From the NCBI GenBank assembly GCA_048938385.1, contig JBHLMG010000006.1:41870-105869 (forward strand): 64,000 nt of DNA, written 5' to 3'. The DNA comes from Promethearchaeota archaeon (GTDB lineage: Archaea > Asgardarchaeota > Hermodarchaeia > Hermodarchaeales > Hermodarchaeaceae). A program made the position numbers and the translations under genes. The notes under the pieces were generated by a model. It ran no database searches. It had not been told where the DNA came from and saw only the letters and a program-made list of their open reading frames with translations. This document shows positions 57,043-64,000 of the stretch, in pieces (position 1 is the first letter of the stretch; the number at the start of each line of letters is the position of its first letter).

Positions 57043-59061
57043 ATGGTTGTCATGTTGAGTGATCAAAAGTTACGCCGTCTCGCTTTAGTGATATTGATCT
57101 TTCTCCTAAGCAGTCTGATTTTCCCAATTTCCTTCGAATCAAGCTACATCGTACCTCAAGAAAAGCAAGGTGGGTCTGATGTATGGGATCCAACAGCCCC
57201 CTATGTTGATAGGGCAATTTTTCATGTGATCGAAGGGCAAGAACGGCAGATCGCGGCATTAGTAGCAGGAGAAATTGATCATCTAACAGACTACATAGAG
57301 CAGACCTACCTCGATGAATTGGAAGCAAACCCTGACATCGAGGTGACCTATACACAATCATTTCGATACTATTACATGTTTATCAACTGTGCACGCTACC
57401 CCTACTCGATTCCCGCGTTCCGCCGCGCGCTAGCCTACGCTGTCGACAAGGAAGAAATCGCTCAATCATGGTGGGAAGACCGCGGATTTGGCATTGACAA
57501 CCCCATCTTACAAGCTTGCGGGATTTGGCACAATAACGATACCCACCCAATTAGCTTTTTAGTATCCGATGTCATCGCTGCCCGAGCTGAGCTCACTGCA
57601 GCAGGATTCTTCGATTTAGATGGCGATGGTTTCGTTGAAGCCCCGAATGGCAGCTCCTTTGTCTTTCAACCCATGTACCCCATCGAGGTACCCCAATGGA
57701 GTGAGGTGATGGCTTCGATGAAATCCTACTGGGACCAAGCTGGAATTCTAACCAACCCAGAACCCAGAACATTTTCCACGATGATAGATACGGTGTATAC
57801 GATTCCGCGCAATTACGATGGTGCGTGTTTTTGGTCTAGTATCGAACCGAATCCTTTAGCTCTGCAACAGTGGACTACGGACCAAATACTCAATCCGGAA
57901 GGTAATGAAATGAACTGGTCCAACTCCACCTTCGATTATTGGGTTGACATCATGATGACCTCATCAGACTATGACTTTGTGCTCGACGCCGCACATAGAG
58001 CGCAACGCATCTTCGTTGAAGAGGTACCCATGCTCGTCTTGTGTAGTTACTGGGAAGCGAATGCCCATCGGAACGATCGATTCGAAGGATGGGTAGTCTC
58101 GCCCGGCTATGGGATTACCCTAAAGAACTACTGGACCCCACGAACCGTTCGCCTTTTACCCAGCCAACCGGAACGCGACCCCACCATTGGAACGGGGGGC
58201 ACCTTCCATTCCATGATCGCATCATCGATGGACTCCCAAAACCCCTTGACTTCCATAAGCCCGTATGGGCAATACCCTCTCTCGCAAATCTATGTAAGCC
58301 TCAAAGGTCTATCACATCCTCTCGATCACACTCCGACCTTTTATGGCGGTGGACTCGCTTACCATTGGGAGATCTACGATGAAGCTGAAGGACTTCGTTT
58401 GGACTTCACCTTATATGGTGCAGATTTTGAGCACCGCCAGGCTTACTGGCAAAGTGGAGAGTATGGAGGACATGTAACCGCTCATGATGTGAAGTTCACC
58501 TACGACTACATCATAAATCACAGCATTCCGAAATTTGCCCGACAAATCCCCTATGTGAATCGCACCGAGGTCCTCGATGAGTATCAGGTCCGCATCGTGA
58601 CTAACAGCAAAAGCTATTGGGTGTTTGATGCAATCGCTGATTGGCCAATTCTTCCGCGATACATGTGGTCTGGTATTGTTAGCCCGATAACCTTCACTAA
58701 CCCCCAACCCGTCGGGTGTGGCCCCTTTAAATGGTACCAACGGGTGGAAGGCGAATATACAGAGCTAGAATTCTGGGAGCGCTACCATGAGGCACCACCT
58801 AGTCACCAGAATGGCGAGTTTTTCCCCGATCATTTAAGACCACTTCTATTCGTAGGTTTCATGATAATCAGTATCACTCTGATAGCGTGCATCATCTATT
58901 TGTACGCTCCCACTTTCAAGAAGCGGCCAAAGGATGAACCACACCCTCTTGACACCAAAACACTCCTTGCACCAAAGAGTTACCCACACCCTTGTCCACG
59001 CTGTAACACAGAATTGTCCGGGGATGAACGCTTCTGCCCCAAATGCGGACACCCACAATAA
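57043..59061 (+). CDS. Oligopeptide-type (SBP_bac_5) substrate-binding protein, circularly permuted, with C-terminal TM and zinc ribbon
   Basis: Signal anchor; PYVDRA..., FRRALAYAVDK, DLDGDGFVEAP; later SQNPL, LAYHWE, VTAHDVKFTY, PVGCGPFK; then TM helix and CPRC...CPKCG. Start approximate (57043 or 57052). Confidence 0.85.
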   Translation: MVVMLSDQKLRRLALVILIFLLSSLIFPISFESSYIVPQEKQGGSDVWDPTAPYVDRAIFHVIEGQERQIAALVAGEIDHLTDYIEQTYLDELEANPDIEVTYTQSFRYYYMFINCARYPYSIPAFRRALAYAVDKEEIAQSWWEDRGFGIDNPILQACGIWHNNDTHPISFLVSDVIAARAELTAAGFFDLDGDGFVEAPNGSSFVFQPMYPIEVPQWSEVMASMKSYWDQAGILTNPEPRTFSTMIDTVYTIPRNYDGACFWSSIEPNPLALQQWTTDQILNPEGNEMNWSNSTFDYWVDIMMTSSDYDFVLDAAHRAQRIFVEEVPMLVLCSYWEANAHRNDRFEGWVVSPGYGITLKNYWTPRTVRLLPSQPERDPTIGTGGTFHSMIASSMDSQNPLTSISPYGQYPLSQIYVSLKGLSHPLDHTPTFYGGGLAYHWEIYDEAEGLRLDFTLYGADFEHRQAYWQSGEYGGHVTAHDVKFTYDYIINHSIPKFARQIPYVNRTEVLDEYQVRIVTNSKSYWVFDAIADWPILPRYMWSGIVSPITFTNPQPVGCGPFKWYQRVEGEYTELEFWERYHEAPPSHQNGEFFPDHLRPLLFVGFMIISITLIACIIYLYAPTFKKRPKDEPHPLDTKTLLAPKSYPHPCPRCNTELSGDERFCPKCGHPQ

Positions 59062-59101
59062 CACATTGAATTCAAAGACCGAGAACCCCATTCAAACACC
59101 C

Positions 59102-59125
59102 TGTTGACCCTGTTCAGGGTTGACA
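59102..59125. terminator. Hairpin downstream of the SBP gene
   Basis: TGTTGACCCTG-TT-CAGGGTTGACA (11-bp stem with G-U pairs). Confidence 0.35.
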
Positions 59126-59338
59126 AAACCAAAATCTCTTAAGGAAATTATTGGTCAAACCCGACTTCTTTTGTTAAAAATGACCAAACCATATGTAGTT
59201 TTGAAAAATGTAGCGAACGACACTCGGATTATCTTATGAAAACCTGTAAAAAAAGTTCAAATATGGCATTGGAAAACCTGAACCAACCGGTTTACGAAGG
59301 TATTTGAGTATCTTTCAATCGTTTTCCCTTGAAATGTT

Positions 59339-60151
59339 ATGCCACTTGAAACGACCAACTCTGAAACACCGATATCCTCAAGTGGATCTGATCTCTTGTG
59401 CTTCTTTGTTCTAACTTTTGTTCTTTTTATTGTGGCAATTGCTATTACGGCAATTATACCACTTCCTGTGCTCCAACTTCTTCCTCCCTGGGCACCAAGC
59501 ATTGCCGCGTTCATCGTGATATTATTAATTCTGAAAGATAGGGACGGAATCAGGAACTTAGTTAGAAAATGGGGGATATGGAAAGTCGGAATTGGTTGGT
59601 ATCTTGCAGCCCTTTCTCCCTTCGCGATTGCCCTCCTGGCAATAGGGCTCTACCTTGGTCTTGGCAATCCAATCCCCGGACCCCATATGCCCTTTGACTG
59701 GAGTTTTGGTTTGTTTTGGTTACTTGTTAGTGTGGTGGTGGGTGCCACTGGAGAAGAACTGGGCTGGCGGGGATTCGCATTACCACATCTGCAAGCACGG
59801 TTTAACGCCTTAGGTTCAAGCCTCATCCTTGGAGTATTCTGGGGATTCTGGCATTTACCCATTTATGTGCAACTTGGACTTGAGGAGGGGCAATTTGATT
59901 TCCTGAATTTTCTAAGTTACATCATGTTAACTGTGTTCTTATCCATCATTATCACATGGATCGTAAACAACACCAAGGGAAGCGTCTTGGGTGCCACTAT
60001 TTTCCACGCTTCGTTCAACTTCTCACTCGCCCTATTCGTTGAAATCTTAGGCCTCATTCAGCTACAATGGTACTTTCTAGCAATCATAATACTGTACTCC
60101 ATCTACGCCATCACCTTAGTCAGCATCTACGGCTACACACGCCTCTCCTGA
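59339..60151 (+). CDS. CPBP (CAAX protease / Abi / Rce1-like) intramembrane metalloprotease
   Basis: GEELGWRGF, WGFWHLP, FHASFN motifs. Confidence 0.92.
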   Translation: MPLETTNSETPISSSGSDLLCFFVLTFVLFIVAIAITAIIPLPVLQLLPPWAPSIAAFIVILLILKDRDGIRNLVRKWGIWKVGIGWYLAALSPFAIALLAIGLYLGLGNPIPGPHMPFDWSFGLFWLLVSVVVGATGEELGWRGFALPHLQARFNALGSSLILGVFWGFWHLPIYVQLGLEEGQFDFLNFLSYIMLTVFLSIIITWIVNNTKGSVLGATIFHASFNFSLALFVEILGLIQLQWYFLAIIILYSIYAITLVSIYGYTRLS

Positions 60152-60472
60152 ACCTGTACTGAAATTACTCGCATAGTTCCTTGATTTGTCCTCAAGGGGC
60201 GATATTTTCTACAAATTATTTACTATCGTTAATGTTATTCGATTTCTGATAAAAATCCCTGAATTCCCACACAGTTTTGCATTCTATGATGTTGAAGAGA
60301 TTCTTGCACCGTTTTTTGGTGTTTTGATTCATTGTTTTAGCAAAATTGAGAAAAAGATCATTCCCCTCTCTTTATAAAGAACGGTAGATAACCACTATGA
60401 TGCACTAAAAGCCTTTGTAAAACTGAATTCCTTCCCTAAAAGGAAAAATATGATGACCGGTGATTTTTAGTT

Positions 60473-61210
60473 ATGTCTGATACTTCAAAGATTTCCGTAA
60501 ACAAGTATGGTGTTAGCTCCATTATCCGTGAATTTGTCATCGTCGTCGTTATAGCAGTGCTCCTGTGGGTGTCTGCAGGATTCCAGCTCTGGCTCAATGC
60601 GTGGGTGTATGTCATTTTCTTGTTCCTATTCTCAGCCATATTCATGGTGGCAATGGCCCTGAGGAATCCGGGGGTGCTCAATCTTCGTGGGGCCCCCCGA
60701 AAAGCTATGCGGGAAAACCCGATGCGCCCATATGATAAAATCTTCCTGGCTATTTACACCTTATTGTTCTTTCTTATTCCCATCTTTGCTGGACTCGATT
60801 ATCAAAGGTTTTTTGGAAGTTGGCTACATCTCCTTATTGCTGTGCCCTTCTGGCTTGTCCCTTTTGGGTTTGGTCTCGTCCTAGTAGGTGAAGCCATATT
60901 CGGTTGGGCTAATGTCTCTAACCCCTTCTTCCATGGCATAATGGTCATTCAAAAAGAACGCGGACATAGCGTCGTCTCCAAAGGGCCATATCAGTGGGTC
61001 CGTCATCCGGGGTATCTGGGTCAACTCCTCTACTACCTGGGGACACCCTTACTCTTGGGCTCTTGGTGGGCTTTCTTCCTTGGAATCATCCTGGCGGTCG
61101 CTTTCATTTATCGGACCAGCAAAGAAGATCAAGTGCTTAAACAGGAACTTGACGGATATGACAAGTATGCCGCGCAAACTCGAAAACGACTATTCCCCGG
61201 AATATGGTGA
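60473..61210 (+). CDS. Isoprenylcysteine carboxyl methyltransferase / PEMT family membrane methyltransferase
   Basis: NPFF, VVSKGPYQWVRHPGY, RTSKEDQVL..EL.GY..YA, RLFPGIW. Confidence 0.9.
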   Translation: MSDTSKISVNKYGVSSIIREFVIVVVIAVLLWVSAGFQLWLNAWVYVIFLFLFSAIFMVAMALRNPGVLNLRGAPRKAMRENPMRPYDKIFLAIYTLLFFLIPIFAGLDYQRFFGSWLHLLIAVPFWLVPFGFGLVLVGEAIFGWANVSNPFFHGIMVIQKERGHSVVSKGPYQWVRHPGYLGQLLYYLGTPLLLGSWWAFFLGIILAVAFIYRTSKEDQVLKQELDGYDKYAAQTRKRLFPGIW

Positions 61211-61757
61211 GCAAGGAAACATCTGAATACTCTGATCGACATTCTCGAGCATCTTAATTTTGGCGAATCCGGTAGGAAACTCGCGTTGCCAAAGCGGATT
61301 GCTTCCGATTCTTTATCCAGATTAACTCGCATAAAAGGATGTATGGGGGGTTTTCATACCTTAGAGTACTTCTGAAACTGATTTCATTAGATCGAAAAAA
61401 AGGTTTTTGATATTTAAGTTCGGATAGGCTATACCAGCTGGGATGGATTTTGACTTTTTGTTAAAGTATTACTTTATTAATTATCGTTAATGAAGTGGAT
61501 TTCCATTTTTTGGTGGTTAACAGAATTAAGTTCGGCTATAGCTGGTAGCTACCACACTTTTTACTAAAAATTTAATTTTACATAAAAGGCGAAAAATGCA
61601 AAGCTAGCGCTCGGTTTTTAATCGTTTCAAAATACAATAGCTTCTGTTCACCAACCACAGCAGGTACGGGGTAATACCAGTCGATCCAAGCCTATAGGCT
61701 AAAATATAAGGTAAAGCAAAAATTTGAACTTAATAAACATGTATGAGGTGTTTTCTG

Positions 61758-62219
61758 ATGGAGCGAGTATATGAGAAGTATGGGTGGGTGGTGTTTCTAG
61801 CTTTGGGATTGCTGTGGTTGGTGGTTGGTCTTAACCAAATATTCCTTCCGAGTGGATTGGCTGAGACTGATGTTCAACATATCTTAGGCATGTCCTTGAG
61901 TGAGCTCGAGACTTTGAGTCCAGTGGTTATGGATTATGTCCGCTGGTTATACGGGACTATAGGCGTACTCAAGGTGAGTTGGACCTTCCTGATGTTAGCT
62001 ATTACCCTGACGGGTTACCGGAGGGGAGAAAAATGGGCTTGGTACGCCCTGTGGTTAGTGATCGGCACTTTAGTGGGGAGTGGACTCTTCAACACTTTAT
62101 TTTATAGTGATGTCCTCGAGTGGCTGCAGTGGATCATAATTGCCAGCATATCGCTGGTGGGGCTTCTCCTTCCCTACAGGAAGTTCTTCCCAAGAAAGCC
62201 ACAATCGGAGAGCGTGTAA
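61758..62219 (+). CDS. Hypothetical archaeal membrane protein (4 TM)
   Basis: GYRRGEKWAWY loop, LLLPYRKFFP end; GAGGTG ribosome-binding site before ATG 61758. Confidence 0.75.
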   Translation: MERVYEKYGWVVFLALGLLWLVVGLNQIFLPSGLAETDVQHILGMSLSELETLSPVVMDYVRWLYGTIGVLKVSWTFLMLAITLTGYRRGEKWAWYALWLVIGTLVGSGLFNTLFYSDVLEWLQWIIIASISLVGLLLPYRKFFPRKPQSESV

Positions 62220-62224
62220 ATAAT

Positions 62225-62617
62225 ATGGTTAAACTCAAAATAATATTAAGTTCAGTATTTGCGATTGTAGGTTATTTTTTAGGTATTGTTGCTGAAGCGA
62301 ATCATGGAACTGATTCACCAATTTACGTGGCTTCCTGTTTTTCTAAAATATTGTGTTATTTAATTGCTGTTCCACTTGCACACTTTGCTGGTAAGACTAT
62401 TAGAAAAGAATCGAACACTATTGGGATTCCGGGTTTAAGATTCGTAGGTTGGATTTTGTTTGGTGTAGCAATAATTCATTTTATGACATTTTTTATTTGG
62501 ACAGCCGATGGTAGCCAACTACCAGCTGGACAGATAACTATAGACTCTGCGATTTTTTTCATTGCATCGATGTTTATGATTGCAGAAGCGTGGAACTCAT
62601 ATAAAAGTAAAGTTTAA
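62225..62617 (+). CDS. Hypothetical low-GC membrane protein (4 TM)
   Basis: ATG 62225 lies 5 nt after the upstream stop; four hydrophobic segments; visibly AT-rich. Confidence 0.6.
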   Translation: MVKLKIILSSVFAIVGYFLGIVAEANHGTDSPIYVASCFSKILCYLIAVPLAHFAGKTIRKESNTIGIPGLRFVGWILFGVAIIHFMTFFIWTADGSQLPAGQITIDSAIFFIASMFMIAEAWNSYKSKV

Positions 62618-63062
62618 ACATCTATTAAATAAATGCACGCTAGCGTGAACCAGCCTTCCACTTTTCTAAGTTTCCGATAGAGAAAACAGGATGTGGTCTA
62701 AACAGACATACTTGTCTGGAAGAGTGTAGGAAAACCTCAGCCCCTTAGCTGATCGCAGATCGTGCTAGTTTCATCCAAGAAAAAGTGTCATAATCTCTTT
62801 AATCCAGAAAACCAAACAACTAATCTGTCAAATTTTGCACGACATGTAGCGTCTCGATTCAAAGAAATGCCAGACACCCACCCAAACACCCTCACAGAGA
62901 AATCTAACCTCAAAGCCCTGAATGAGTTCAGCCTCGTTGATGGGCTTCAAAACGCAGCTTTAGCATATAAAGCCCAGGTTCAACATAGTTTGATGGTTAA
63001 TTTCTTAAGGCAGAAGAGGGCATGAACCTACTACTCTGAAAGCTTTCAGGTAGTTGACCACC

Positions 63063-64000
63063 ATGGCCAAACAACCTCACACCATGACCATCCCCATCGG
63101 ACCCCAACACCCCGCATTGAAGGAGCCCGAAAACTTCACGATTACGCTAGACGGCGAACTCATCGTCGATGTCGATGCCCGGATCGGGTATGTCCACCGG
63201 GGCATCGAAAAAGCCTTCGAGAGCCGCACCTACAGCCAAAATGTCTACCTCGCTGAACGCATCTGCGGCATCTGCTCCCAATCCCACACCACCTGTTACG
63301 TCCAAGCCGTCGAAGAAATCCTCGACCTCGAGGTGCCCCCCCGCGGCCTCTACATCCGCGCGATCATGAACGAGCTCAACCGCATCCACAGCCACATCCT
63401 CTGGCTCGGCGTCGCCGGCCACGAAATCGGCTGGGACACCCTCTTCCACTACTCCTGGCGCGACCGCGAATACAGCATGGACATCATCGAAGAAATCTGC
63501 GGCAACCGGGTCAACTACGCCAACAACATCATCGGCGGCGTCCGCCACGACATCGAAAAGAGCACCATCCCCAGCATGGTCGACCGCCTCGACAAAATCC
63601 GCGACCGCATCAACGACTACATCAAACTCATCTTGAAAGACAAAACCACCCTCGACCGCGCCATCGGCGTCGGCATCCTCAAAACCGATGTCGGCAAAGC
63701 CCTCTGCGCCACCGGTCCCACCGCCCGCGCCTCCGACATCAAATGGGACGTCCGCAACACCCAACCCCGCACCCCTTACAAAGAGAGTGAAGGCACCCAC
63801 TGGGACATCCGCACCAGCGACATGTGCGACGTCGCCGGCCGCGTCGTCGTCCGCATGCTCGAAACCATCGACAGCTGCAACTGCTGCATCCACTGGCTCA
63901 CCACCCTCCCCAAAGGCGACATCAGCACCCGCGCCCCCCGCCGCGTCCCCCCCGGCCACGCCCTCAGCACCTTCGAAGCCCCCCGCGGCGAAGTCCTCCA
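63063..64000 (+). CDS. Group 4 (membrane-bound, complex I-related) [NiFe]-hydrogenase large subunit, 3'-partial
   Basis: Missing from the ORF track because there is no stop in the window. Hand translation: MAKQPHTMTIPIGPQHPALKEP...GYVHRGIEK...LAERICGICS (L1 motif)...ELNRIHSH...GNRVNY...GGVR...TGPTARAS...FEAPRGEV. Confidence 0.92.
   Translation, partial: MAKQPHTMTIPIGPQHPALKEPENFTITLDGELIVDVDARIGYVHRGIEKAFESRTYSQNVYLAERICGICSQSHTTCYVQAVEEILDLEVPPRGLYIRAIMNELNRIHSHILWLGVAGHEIGWDTLFHYSWRDREYSMDIIEEICGNRVNYANNIIGGVRHDIEKSTIPSMVDRLDKIRDRINDYIKLILKDKTTLDRAIGVGILKTDVGKALCATGPTARASDIKWDVRNTQPRTPYKESEGTHWDIRTSDMCDVAGRVVVRMLETIDSCNCCIHWLTTLPKGDISTRAPRRVPPGHALSTFEAPRGEVL

Noticed and set aside
62762-63025. 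87-aa plus-strand ORF before the hydrogenase
   Set aside because: No recognisable motif or ribosome-binding site and not similar to a hydrogenase subunit; left uncalled.
63147-63959. 270-aa Ala/Asp/Gly/Val-rich minus-strand ORF
   Set aside because: Antisense shadow of the C-biased hydrogenase gene on the plus strand.
1-64000. tRNA, rRNA, CRISPR arrays, transposases/integrases, and the many short ORFs nested in or antisense to long genes
   Set aside because: No T-loop or cloverleaf, rRNA-like tract, regularly spaced repeats or recombinase motifs were seen by eye. The nested ORFs are explained as shadows of well-supported genes.

Overview
Gene-dense archaeal chromosomal segment. It is probably from an Asgard-type lineage, inferred from a two-domain eukaryote-length Rpo5, a divergent tubulin/FtsZ protein, a permuted peptide-binding protein and archaeal TATA/GGTGA-type signals; no rRNA marker is present to confirm this. 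Most of the window encodes peptide and amino-acid catabolism (MetAP, two M20 and one M29 peptidase, LonC-type protease, SHMT, two class III aminotransferases, amine dehydrogenase, creatininase, CoA-transferase, 2-hydroxyacyl-CoA dehydratase) and transport (two ~1000-aa FtsX/MacB-type permeases with ATPases, ABC-2, ECF, MFS, CorA, P-type ATPase). The best candidate for a new system is a three-gene minus-strand operon at 13.8-18.9 kb: a 909-aa helical-repeat rod protein, a tubulin/FtsZ-superfamily GTPase with mixed tubulin-like and FtsZ-like motifs, and a 336-aa helical protein. It abuts a coiled-coil/winged-helix gene that has a paralogue at 24 kb. Other highlights are a SERCA-like P-type ATPase whose TM4 PEGL motif is replaced by flippase-like PINIP, a ~130-nt structured ncRNA candidate bounded by a promoter and terminator at 34.5 kb, a frameshifted LLM oxidoreductase, an accessory membrane-protein island (56-63 kb), and an extremely C-biased group 4 [NiFe]-hydrogenase large subunit running off the right edge. 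No tRNA, rRNA, CRISPR array or intact mobile element was recognised. All calls come from reading motifs by eye; no database search was run.
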